Origin: Lama glama
Lineage: Eukaryota
Length of the DNA: 64,000 bases
Assembly (NCBI GenBank): GCA_028534125.1
Contig: CM052816.1
Location: forward strand, 87,050,001-87,114,000
Direction: 5' to 3'
In this document: positions 13,515 to 25,215 of the stretch, one piece after another
Layout: each line of letters opens with the position of its first letter
Position numbering within the stretch: the first letter of the stretch is position 1
Made by a program: the position numbers and the translations under genes
The notes under the pieces: model-generated
The model's database searches: none
What the model was told of the DNA's origin: nothing
What the model saw: the letters and a program-made list of their open reading frames with translations, nothing else

Positions 13515-13670
13515 ACATTTATTATTTGTGTGTCTTTGTTTTCATGGTCCTCTGCCTGCATAGAACATGCTTGCATTGAAGACAAGACTGAGTCAAAACA
13601 TGTCAATCAAAAAGGCACGTGGCATACGAAAAATTTTGAGTAAATATTTGATGTCGATTATTTAATGAGG
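13515..13670 (+). mobile_element. L2 3' terminus
   Basis: 'tagaacatgcttgcattgaagacaagact...gtggcata...gtaaatatttg'. Confidence 0.45.
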
Positions 13671-14699
13671 AATAGCTCTCGACTTTAATAGGTTCACTGT
13701 CCTGTCCAGTAAGGGACATAAACATATGTAATAGTTTTTATTTACATATTTCTATAATATTTATAGAAAGAATGTAAGAACCTTCTAGTAGTAATGTCTA
13801 CTAGATCCCTAGCATTCATCAGAGATTATGTCTCATTTTCAAGGACAGATTGTAGTTAGTAGCTGAGAAAATACATAATACATGTAATAAAATATGAAAT
13901 GTAGTGTTTATTTACATGTAAAAAGAATGGATAATGTCCCAAAGCTATTTTTACTCAATAAATTATTTATTTATTAAATGGCATTATCCAGCACTTAACT
14001 AGTACTAACTATTATGATACACACATGGGAAAAAGCAATGATCCCCTAGGCCTGATTGTATTTCCTTTGCTTCCAAAATGTTGGCATGTATGTTGAGAGA
14101 AAGTATCGTAGCACACTTAAAATGCTGGATTAGCATAATAATAATAATAATAATGGCATGAGGCTGAGATTTTCAAGTTTCAGCAAAGATTTGGAATTAG
14201 CCAGGCTGCATTCTCCCTCAAGTAAGATCCCAGGATTCTGGAAACAACCACAAAAGCTGTGAGGAAACAGTGTAGGGAATATGTGTGCTTTGCTGGCCAT
14301 AAAGGGGGTTGATTCAAGATGGAGTAGAAGGCAGCAAGAAGAATTCTTGGAGCACAAATTAGAATAAAATAATCCAGCTCCCTGGGAAGAATAATGTCTA
14401 CCTTGATTGCATAAATCAACAGCATTAGCAAAGTCTTATTTGAGATAAATAACTCAGAAATCTTGTTCCGTTCAAGAGTTGCAGAGAACAGTTGAGTGTT
14501 CTACTGTCCTCCTACGTCAGCCTCCGTACACTTTCCCTGACCAACCCGAAGAATAGTTCAGAGCTCACTGCTCAAACCTGTTTCTCCTGGGGAACTGAAG
14601 GGGAGGCTCTGATCTCAAGAGGTAGTTGCTGGAATTTCAGCAAATAAAACTGGGTTAATGTTTCTTTATGCTTCATGCAGTCATGTACTAGAATAAGAC

Positions 14700-15720
14700 A
14701 TCTGAGGAGGTAACTAATTTAAAATGAACTTGCAAACAAGGTAACAAAAATAACAAAAAGTTAAAGAGAAAACCTTGCTTACCACTAGATGTAGAAATGT
14801 TATAACAGAGGGATTGATAATAAAGCAAAGAAAATACATTATGAATGTGAAACAAGAAAAAAGAAATGTTACAAATTGACTTATTTATATGTCAAAATAC
14901 AACTGAGTTTTTTATAAAAATGACACAAACAGTAAAATATACATCTGAAGAATAAATTGTGAGTTGTGTTAAAGGCTGAATTGTGTCCCCTCCCCCGCCC
15001 AGATTCATACATTGAAGACCTAACCACCAGTGCCTCAGAATGTGACTGCATTTGAAATTTGAGCCATTACAGATGTGGTTCAGTTGAAATGAAGCCTCTA
15101 GGTGAGTCATGATCCAATCTGACTGGTGTCCTTGTTAGAAGAGGAAATTTGGACATACACACAGACACTAGGAAAGCACAGAGAGGAGACAATGTGAGGA
15201 TACTGAGAAAAAGCAGCCATCTGCAAGCCAAGCAGAGGGGCCTCCAAAAAAACAAAGCTTGGGGACACTTGAACTTCTAACCTCCCAAACTGTGAGAAAT
15301 AAACTTCTCTTGATTAAGCTCCCTGGTCTGTGGTAATTGTTAAGGCAGGCCTAGCAAACAATGTAGGTTGGAAGAAAAAGTTTAAGTACTTCACAGAGGA
15401 TGCACAAAAGGATTAATAAATTTAAAACTAAACAAATAAATATCCTTTTTAAGGAGAATAGACACAAAAAGACCAATAATTGAGTGAACAAAAAACAGAC
15501 CTAATTAATAGTGAAGGGGAAATCTTTGAAGAAATAATGGAGATAAATTTACCAGAAATAAACAAGCTCCCATAGAAAAAGGGAAAGAAGAAAAAGTTCT
15601 CACCATGAAATTTAAGACTATAAAAGACAATGAGAAAATTCAAAAAGCTGCTAAAAGAAATTCTTATGACTTAGAAGCAAAAGTATCAATATTGTTATAT
15701 GTACCAGTAAAACTTGAAGA
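14700..15720 (+). mobile_element. Old L1ME/HAL1-type ORF1 remnant, split by MLT1B
   Basis: A-rich; 'tttgaagaaataatggagataaatttaccagaa' and 'catgaaatttaagactataaaagacaatgagaaaatt' are ORF1-like; sequence continues across the MLT1B. Confidence 0.6.
14967..15365 (+). mobile_element. MLT1B solo LTR
   Basis: 'tgttaaaggctgaattgtgtcccc...cctcagaatgtgactgcatttg...tccaatctgactggtgtccttg...gccatctgcaagccaag...gcctagcaaac'; 5-bp TSD agttg/ggttg. Confidence 0.92.
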
Positions 15721-15859
15721 CTTAAAGCAGTGCATATATTTTTTTAAGAATTATATACACTAAAAAGAAAAATAAGGTTGAGAGATTATATCTAGCATAT
15801 ATTTTGACTTCTTCTAAATTTTAATAATTCAAATAGTTTTGCATTTGTACAATAATGAC

Positions 15860-16935
15860 TTCAGATACAGAAGCTGACATACATGAATCTTGGTTAACAT
15901 ATGAGAAGTCAGTGAAAAACGGATAGACCTTTTGCCTAATGATGCTGGAAAAATTAGTTATCTACCTTCAAAAAATGAAAATAGATTTTTAAGATTAATT
16001 CCTCCTCGATACACAAGTTAATGATTAAAATGCATATGTCAACATTAAAACTTTTAAATTGTAAAAGAAAAATTCTGTCACCCAGTATTAATTAAGTTAT
16101 CCTTAACAAAACCAAAAAATGGTAATAATACATTTGATTATGTTAACATTTCATAAAAACATGCGTTGAAAAGGCAAGTCCCAAAATGAATGAAAACAAT
16201 TAGTGTAAATCGGTATATATCTGCATGGAAATGATTTTGACTTGTTTATTCAAGTTTAACATATATAAATTTGAATCATATAAAATTTTAAATGCTGTAG
16301 GTTAATAAATGGTCAAATACTGTCCATTTTCCAAGTTTTAAAAATATGTGTTTCATGGTATGAAGTTTTCTCTTGCCAAAGAGGAATCTTTGTATGTATG
16401 TATCCACCAGGATCCATGTACAAAAATTTTAATAGCATTCTTTATAAGTTAAAAGCTAGTAATAACTCACGTGTGTATAAAAAGTGGAATAGAAAAATGT
16501 ATTGTGATGTATTCATTCGCTGAAGGATGTACATCAGGAAAATAATGAACTGCGATTTCCTATAATGAATGAGTTGCAAAAACCTTACATTAAAAACAAA
16601 TCCACTGAGGAACATACACATATAATTCCACTGGGAAAGACAAAACTAGAAAAAAAAGTAGACAAATCTAAGCAACACATTTTTACAGGCTTGTAAATTT
16701 GTGGTAAGAATATAAAGATATGCAAGAGAATTGTTAACACGAAAGAGATTTTCTGTAGGAAACAGGGTATAGTCAGGGATATAAGCTAGAAGGAATTTTC
16801 ACTGGACTTCAGTGATTCTATTTGAAGCTAAGTGGTAGGAAAATAATTCAGTCTCTTGTGTATGTGTGTGTGTGTTTTTTTAAGATTTTTTAAAAAATAA
16901 ACATGGGAAGCACTTCAATAAAAAATTTTTTTAAA
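15860..16935 (+). mobile_element. L1ME ORF2 3' part and 3' UTR
   Basis: 'aatgatgctggaaaaattagttatc', 'caccaggatccatgtacaaaaattttaatagcat', 'attgtgatgtattcat'. Confidence 0.65.
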
Positions 16936-17029
16936 AATAAGTAAACATGGTTAGCAAGCACTTTTTGTTATTTCAAGAAGGAGAAACAGTGCTTTTGGAA
17001 GCCATGGATTGTATAATGAAATAAAATAA

Positions 17030-18050
17030 GTCCATCGAGAAGAGATTGAATCATACAAGACCTTCTGGACAAAAATATAGAATTTTCAGAAGTTAGATTT
17101 TATCCTAATCATAGCAGAGAGCAAGAAACCAATTTAGATTTTTTTTTTAAATATCACTCTGGCTGCTGTGCAGAAAGAGACTTTTTTTCCCCCCCAGAGT
17201 AAATAGTGGAGAAGGAAACACCAATTTGGAAACTCTTACAGTAATCCATATGACAGATGTTGGCTTAGACTCATGTAGTTGTCACAGAGCTGGAGAGAAA
17301 TAGACAGTTTTGAGATATATGTAGGAGTTATAATTTGCAGGATTTTATGATGGATTGGATCTAGTGGTTTAATAGAGGTTAGTGTTAAATGAAGTTTCTA
17401 GGTCTTCAGACTGAGTAACTGGAGGAAGGGTAATTTATTAATGTGGAGAGCATTAAGAGGAAGAATTGCATTGTGGTTGGGATTAGATCAGAGTTTCATT
17501 TTGGGCATGTTATTTTGGGCATATTATGTCATGTTTCGTTACTGGCATGTTGTGTTCTGTGAACCAGCTGAATGGAAAAGTTAAATAATCAGTTTGAAAT
17601 ATGCATCTGCATAGGAGAAGAGAGTATAGCCTATATCAGTAAACCATTAGCAAGAAGGGAGATCACCTCAAGGGGTGATAAAAGAGCAGGAAAGAAGCTA
17701 AGGTCTGGGACCCTGATGCTTAGGTAAGAGGTAATGGAGGAATAGCAGATGAAGAGAATAAGACAAATGACCTACAATATAAAAGAAAAAATAGGAAAAC
17801 ATAGCACCAGAGATGTAAGGAGAAATTTTTTGTAAGTGTACTTTGACAAATGTTATAGTAAACTTGAGGAAGAAGATGACTAATAAGTATCTACTGGATT
17901 TAGCAAATTAAGGTCACAGGTGATGAGGGGAATGTTCAACTCAGTGATGCAGTCACTGTGGAGAGTGCTAAGGGATGAAAGATACTTGAGGGAGAGATGA
18001 TGATGTGTGAAGTTAACCCTAGACGAAGTTTGAGTATTGAAACCCAGCTG
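17030..18050 (-). mobile_element. L2 (antisense)
   Basis: 'atcactctggctgctgtg', 'tggagagaaatagacag', 'tgatggattggat', 'ctgagtaactggag', 'ctggatttagcaa'. Confidence 0.8.
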
Positions 18051-18774
18051 GAAAATTTAGCAGCTTGTTATCCAGATGTAAAACAGAAACTTAGGTTTTC
18101 TTTCTCTTCTTGACTAATTTTTCTCATTAATCCTAACTTTGCTGGATAACATGGAGCTAAGAAGACTTAAAACTGATAGAAGTTTCCTCTGGTTTAGTTC
18201 AGTAGTGTATCCTCTGTTGAATAAAATAATCCCTCAAATTTCCTCTTACTCTTTTTGTTCCTCTCCAAGATGGCAAGTGGAAATGGAGGTTTGTGTGGGT
18301 GTGGGATAGTGGTGATGGCTGCATTCTCTTCAGGTAGTGGAGAAGGAACCCTGGATCATATGTGAGCATCCTTTACTATCCTCTGGTTCCATGTTGATGA
18401 TGTCACACGACATCCTATATTCTGGTCACTCTGTTGGCATTTCTAATCTGAAGTCTGCAGCTGGGAATTCATAGCTACTCTCTGATCAATGAAATACGAG
18501 AAGAGAGTGTCAGCTGTGGATGATAGAATTGGGCCAAAGAAATAAAATTTATGGGTGCTGGATAATTAAGAAAATGATTATGGAAGTCAGAAATTAAAAG
18601 TTAATTAATTTTCTGCCAACGCTTGATTCATGCTTTAAAAGCCAAACAAAACTCATGGTTTACCCATACAGGCCCATCCTTTGGTCAGTTTGTCAACAGG
18701 GACATTTTCTCATGTGGTGACAATGATTACTGAGTCTCCTTGCACACAAATATAACATGCTTACCTTTTATATA

Positions 18775-18900
18775 TTCATTCATTCATTCATCCATGCATT
18801 TACAAATAGATTTTGGATTTCTAATATTGCTGAGCTCCATACTAACAACTTATGATTGAGAAATTAATGACAGTACTCCTCCTCTAAAAATGTAACTGCA
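18775..18900 (-). mobile_element. L2 3' terminus (antisense) with (CATT)n tail
   Basis: 'attcattcattcattcatccatgcatttacaaata'. Confidence 0.5.
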
Positions 18901-19410
18901 AGAACAAAACCCAATGATTACATGATTAACGCTTGAATTAAGGAGTGGGAATTAGAAGAGAAAGATTTTTTTATTTTATTTTATACTTTGCTGTAATGTA
19001 TCAAGCAAATAGAATAAACAAAAAATGCTCTGGAAATAACTAACACTATATGTCACTATGTATTATTCTACTTCCTGACAATTTAATGCCTTAGGAAGTT
19101 GGAACATTTTGGATTGGCTTGTGTTTAATTACTCTTCACATATCCTCCACCTGGAAGCTACTGGTAAACCTACTGATGAATAAAAATCTATAGACACACA
19201 TAGATCCTGCTTCTCAAAGCTTGCATCTGTTAAAAACTCATTTGGAAAAAGAATTTCACCTCGGAGGGGCTCATAGTCTCCAATTCTAAGAAGCGGTTTC
19301 TGCCTCTTTAGCTAAATGTGAGGGGAAAAAAGCACTAGAGGAGGATGAAGCACCACTTCTGATGTTTTAGAATATCTAATCCCACCTTATTAAACAAGAT
19401 CCATCAGTGC

Positions 19411-19862
19411 TTTATTAGCTTCCTACTGCTGCCATAACTAAGTACCGCAAGCTGAATGGCTTAAAGCAACAGAAATTTATTGTTTCACAGTTCTGGAGCC
19501 AAGAAATCAAAACCAAGGTATCAGCAGGCATGCTTCCTGTAAACTCTGTAGGGGAGAAGAATGGCTCTTTGCCGCTTCCCAGTTGTTGCTGGTTCCCAAG
19601 CAGTCTTTGGCATTCCTTGGTTTGTTAGCTACAGCTCTTCAGCCCGAGTACCTGTTGTCCCATTGCATTCTGCCCGTCTTCCCCTGTGTTTGCCTCTTCC
19701 TATAAGGACGCCACCAGTCTGTTGGGTAAGAGCCCACCCTGAAGACCTCATCTTAGCTTGATTACTTCTGCAAAGACCTGTTTCCAAATAAGGAACATTC
19801 TGAGGTGCTAGGGGTTAGAACTTCAACATGTGCTTTTGAGGAACACAATTCAACCCGTAACA
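19411..19862 (-). mobile_element. MLT1C solo LTR
   Basis: 'gctgccataac...tggcttaaagcaacagaaatttatt...cacagttctggag...ttggcattccttgg...ctgcaaagacc...ggaacacaattcaacccgtaaca'. Confidence 0.92.
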
Positions 19863-20138
19863 ATGCTTTTCTCCATTGAAGTGAAAGGATAACTAGGGAT
19901 TGATTGAGAGGCTAAAAAAGGGACTAAATTTGTTAACCGCTTCCTGATAGATTTGTAACTGGAGAGAAAAATCCCTTTCTTACTGATAATTTCTCCTCCT
20001 CTTACTAATTATTGAAGATTGAAAGGCACAAACATATATAAAGGTAAACAAACATACATATAATAGGTGTGTATATATATAAAATATATGTTATTATATA
20101 TAATTATATATATTATATATAATTTACTGTATAATATA

Positions 20139-20665
20139 CAGGCATACCTCGGAGGTAATATGGGTTCAGTTCCAGGACACTGCAATAAAGCACATATCTC
20201 AATAGACTGAGTTACGCCAATTTTTTGTTTTCCTAGTGCATATAAAAATTACGTTCATACTATATTGTAGTCAATTGCTTCTTAGCCTTTTGGCTAAGAT
20301 CAAGTGTATACTACACTGTAGTCATTAAGTGTTCAGTAGCATTATGTCCAAAAATGTACATATCTTAATTACAAATTACCTTGTTGCTAAAGAACTCTAT
20401 CTCTGAGCCTTCAGAGAGTCATAGTAGTAACATCAAAAATCACTGATCACAGATCACTACAGCAAATATAATAAAAATGGAAAAGTTTGAAATATTGCTG
20501 GAATTACCAGAATGTGACACATAGACATGAAGGGAGCAAATGCCATTGGAATAAACGTGCCAATCGATTTGCTTGATGCAGGGTTGACACAAACCATCAA
20601 TTTGTAAAAAATACATTTTCTGTGAAGCACAATAAAGGAAAGCATAATGAAATGAGTTATGCCCA
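20139..20665 (-). mobile_element. Internally deleted Tigger1 derivative (Tigger1a-type, TcMar DNA transposon)
   Basis: TA + TIR 'caggcatacctc' at left and decayed TIR 'gagttatgccca' at right; both halves match the Tigger1 termini, joined near 20420. Confidence 0.9.
20274..20308 (+). pseudogene. 3'-truncated U2 snRNA retrocopy (U2 nt 1-35)
   Basis: attgcttcttagccttttggctaagatcaagtgta vs U2 ATCGCTTCTCGGCCTTTTGGCTAAGATCAAGTGTA: 32/35, all 3 changes at CpGs; flanked by 16-bp TSD tactatattgtagtca / tactacactgtagtca. Confidence 0.95.
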
Positions 20666-22159
20666 CATGATGAATAAATCTATTTAAAATATATTATAGA
20701 AGGTATATAACAGGTGTATACAAAAGATATATGTAGTGTGCATATAATATGTAACGGTTATAGGATAGCTATATTTGTAGTATACGGACAGATTCAAACA
20801 ATGCTTCTAGATAGAGATGACTTTTCAAATCCAAAAGTCACTTTTCTGTTTTCCCACTTGGAAATTACTTTCATCTTACCACATCGTTAGCCGTGAAACC
20901 AATACTCCAATCAAAAGAGAATTGTTTTTAAAATAAACATGTGGTATCTTTACCTCCCTAAGTCTGAGAAAAATGGCCATGGTCAGTGCCTTGGGGACTT
21001 AGCTACAAAATCTTATTACTTTATCTCTCTCAAAGAAGGGAGCCATCAGTTCTGAAATAGTTTCTGTCAGTAGCTACCTTTAAGGATGTCTGTTACTTAA
21101 TCCAGAGGTTCCTGGCTATCAGATAGGATTACCTGCAGAGACACAGCAGCTAGGAGATCATTAGAATGTTACTAAGATAACTGCCCTTTAAATTAATTTT
21201 CTAAACACTTGAATTCTTTAATTTGTAGAAAAAATTGACCTTTCGCTGCAGGGCTTTTGGTAGCTCCCATGATACTTCCTCCACCTGTTATTGAAAATAG
21301 CCAGCAAAATGTGAAATTTTTTTTTAAGATTTCAGTGAATAAGGTTAAAACATCTTGTGATAAAAGTCTATGCAGGTCATGTGATGTATTTAACTTATTA
21401 TAATACAATGTGAAATATATTTCAGAGAGAGTAACATTTAAATTATTTTTATGTTTATCTGAGGATGCAATGTATATGAGAGAAATTATTCCCCCCACCT
21501 TTTTTTACTTGGTATTATATGTGAAAATTCCAGAATTTCTAACTTGATTTTCATGGATCAGAGAATCTCCTTGTATTCTGACACAAGGGAGGACATACTT
21601 TAAAAATCTCCTTTCTTAGAGCATGTCCTGTATATGGGGCTATTCTTGCTATGTATATGCCACAAGATACTAAGTTTGCTGGCTTTTGGAAAAGTAAAAA
21701 TACAAAACACTTTGTATGGTACCATTCTATTTGCTGTTCTTTAATTATGTAAAACATTACAGTATTTGCAGCTAGAAACCCTATTTGTGCTTATCAACCC
21801 AGCCCTCCAATTTTACAGAAGGGTCAACTGTAAAAGATATGTTAACTTATTTTCTCTCTAAGCAGATTGCAAAATGTATAAATCAATGGATGCATTCTAG
21901 AAGTTTGATAGAAAGATTGCTGAACTAGAAATTAAGTATAATAATAAATACATTATACAGTAAAATATGGGAGGTTTTTTCATTACACTGTGAGATTCCC
22001 AAAGGACATTCTTATTCACTTCTAATTTCTAGACTCATTGTAGTTTCATTTTCTAAGATTTCTTCAATAATAGTTTATGAAGTGATGAATTGAATAATCA
22101 GAATGGCTTTCAGACCTATAAACACATATTTATAAATAAATTAGGTAAAATCATCCTAT

Positions 22160-23545
22160 TTATTTTTTAAATAAAATTGAATTTTGCAGTGGTTGCAGAT
22201 TTGAAGTGTGACAAGAGTCCCCATTTATCCTGATTATTAACGTCTCACATTGGCATGGTACGTTTGTCACAATTGATCAACAACTATAGATATCCTATTA
22301 TTAACTGAAGTCTGTGCTTTATTCAGATTTCCCACCTAATGTTTCTTTCTCTTGCAGGATTTTACCCAGGATATCACATTGCATTTAGTCTTCATTAGGC
22401 TCCTTATATCTGTGACAATTTCTTAGACGTTCCTTGTTTTTATAACCTTGATACTTTAGAGGAGTACTGTATTCATCTGCTAGGGCTGCCATAGCACAAT
22501 ATTATGTACCAGGTGGCTTAAATAACAGAAATATATTTTCTCACAGTTCTGGAAGCTGAAAGTCTGAGATTAGGGTGCCAGCATGGTCAGATTCTCATGA
22601 GGGCTCTCTTCCTGGCTTTTAGACAGCTGCCTTCCCACTGTGTCCTCCCACGTTGGGGAGAGAGATGTCTCTTCCTCTTAGAAGGCCACAGTGCATGAGA
22701 CCAAGTCCCCACCCTTATGACCCCACTTAACCTTAGTTACCTCTCAGAAACCCCATCTCCAGAAACAGTCATATTTGGTGTTAGAGCTTGAAAATACGAA
22801 TTTCGGGAGGACACAATTCAGTCTATAGCAAGTGCTGATAAGGTATTTTTTTATAACATGTCTCAGTTGGGATTTATTTGGTGTCTTCCTCATCGTTTGA
22901 TTGGGTTATGTGCTTTGGGAGGAAGAACTCAAAGTGGAGTGCCATTCTCACTACATCTTGTCAGTGGTACCTGCTATGGATGTGACTTACCAACTTTGAT
23001 AGTAACCTTGTCACCTGCCTGAGGTAGTGTTTGTCAAGTTTCTGCTCTGTAAACTTACTCGTTTTTCCCATTTCCATTCTCCCTTTGAAGGAAAATCACT
23101 ACGACTAGCACTCACTTATGTGGGGAGTTCTGTTTCATCTCCTTGAGGGAAAAGTACCTACAGAGAAGAATTATTTGGAATTCTTCATATGGAAAATTAG
23201 TTAGTACTCCTCTATTTATGTATTCAATCATTTATTTACCTCAGCGTGGATTCACGGATATGCATTTTGTAAATCGAGTTACAATTCAATACAACTTTAT
23301 CATATATTGTTGCTCAAGTTATATCAGTTTTTGTTCCTGTATCTCTTGACATATTCCCATCATTGTGTGTGTGTGTGTGTGTGTGCATGTGCACACTTGA
23401 GCACTTTTTTATTTTCTGACATTATAGGATGCTCTAGGCTCCTTTTGCATAGTCATTGCCCTAATGCTAGAACCCACCATTTTCCCAAGGAGACCTGATT
23501 CCTTTCCTTAGAGAATGGTATTAAAAACCGAGATCTGGATGTAAG
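22160..23545 (-). mobile_element. L1MD/L1MC-type 3' UTR (antisense), split by MLT1A
   Basis: 'ggtacgtttgtcacaattga...ccaggatatcacattgcatttagtc...gaggagtac|agtgctg...gaggtagtgtttgtcaagttt...agaatggtattaaaaaccgagatctgg'. Confidence 0.85.
22468..22830 (-). mobile_element. MLT1A-type solo LTR
   Basis: 'tgtattcatctgctagggctgccata...ctcacagttctggaagctg...cccacccttatgacc...ggacacaattcagtctatagca'; 5-bp TSD agtac/agtgc. Confidence 0.92.
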
Positions 23546-23819
23546 TTGAGCCTTTTAATTTTTAATGTGAATTTTACAAGTTAGAAATGAGGTAGCTCTG
23601 CTGATCATTTAATGTGCTGAACTAATTTTGAAAACTTATTTGATTTAAATAACTACTTTGTCAATTTTTAACTTTTCATTAGAAATTATATCCTTCCCAG
23701 TTTACTTCAAACTGATATTTGCTCTCCATATGAAAAAAGCTATCAGAATGGAATATGCATCTTTGAAAACACTTAGTTTGAAAGCTTACCACTTGATATA
23801 AAACATAAAATTATCAGAA

Positions 23820-25215
23820 ATGTTGTTTCAGCTTCAAAATATACAGACTTGGAAACCTCTCCCAATAAGAAAAAGCTGGACAGACTTAAAATCAACAACT
23901 TTTCTTGGACTCTTCAGAGAACTGAAGCTATAGGTCAAACTGCCACCCCCAAATCTGGAGACATCAGTGGAGACTCTGCGGAGACACTCAGAGAGTCACA
24001 CCAGGAGCTACTTGGTGTCAGTCAGCCACTAGCACATCAACCACAGGTGCCATAAACTTGTAGAAATACTTGAAGTGGTGATTTTGACAGTTAATTGATA
24101 ATTCTGATGAATTACTGGAGGCTGAATTTAGAGTATCATGAAATGAGACCCTTGTGGGTGACCTAGGCTTTTTGTCCAGGAATCCCACCAGGTTCTCTCA
24201 GTGACAAAGTGAAGCTCCCAAAACTACCGACTCCCCTACCTCTGGCAGGGGGAGGAGAAAAATGATCGTTTTGAAATGTGTCTAGAGCCTTTTATATAAC
24301 AAAGCCCTACAATTCAGGGGGAAGGAAATTGCCAGAGCCTTGTCCCAACCTAGAGAAGAGTGTTCTCCCTACTCCAACATCCTCCAGGCTTCCTGGCTCA
24401 CCTAGTGTGGAAAAAGTCGACAGGAGCCAGAATTGCAAGGGCTTACTTTAGGAACACTGGATAAGTGATTTTGAACTTCACAGCCACAAGACACAAGCGC
24501 AACAGATTTAGATCTAATCAGAAGATTACAGGATGCTCCTCTCCCCAACACCTTCCTACCACAACAGCAGGGCTCCACCATAGTCACAGTAGGTTACAGC
24601 TAGAAGAGCTGTAAGGCACAGAAACTCTTTGAGGACAAATACCAAGGGAAGTCCCCAGAACCAGGGAGGAGACACAAACCAGGACACTAGTGGAATTTTT
24701 AACCTCCAAAACCTATAACTATGCTAAATATTAAACACAGCCAAACTCCAAGCCATATTATCTCCAATCCTCATGCTATTTCTTTCAGTTTTTATTACCT
24801 GATACAACCAGTTCAGCTTTCACCAAAAAAATTACAAAGCATGGCAAAAGACAAGGGAAATTAAAGTCTGAAGAAACAAAGCAATAATCAGAAGCCCATT
24901 TAGCTATGACAGAGATGTTGGGATTATCAGACAGGGAAATTAAAATAACTGTTATTAACACATCATAAGCCCTCCCTATCGAAACAATATGAGACATGCA
25001 AGAACAGATGGGTAACATAATCAGAGAGATGGAATATCTTTAAAACAACTAAAAGGAAATGATAGAAATTAAAAAGAAAAAGCCATCCTAACAGAAATGA
25101 ATACTGCCTTAATGAGTTCACTGATGGACTTAACATGGCTGAGGGAAGGCTCAGTGAATTTGAGGATAGGTCAATAGAAACTTTCCAAATTTACATGCAA
25201 AGAATAACAAATTTC
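23820..25215 (+). mobile_element. L1MC-type 5' UTR and ORF1 start
   Basis: 'agaaaaagctggacagacttaaaatcaacaac...ccccaaatctggaga' (L1MCa-like 5' end), then ORF1-like 'cagagatgttgggattatcagacagggaa...atgcaagaacagatggg...gataggtcaatagaaa'. Confidence 0.8.

Noticed and set aside
20030..20138. TA-rich quasi-palindromic stretch
   Set aside because: Low-complexity expansion beside the Tigger TA target site.
20274..20308. Functional U2 snRNA gene
   Set aside because: Only 35 nt, CpG-decayed, no Sm site or snRNA promoter context, flanked by a TSD.
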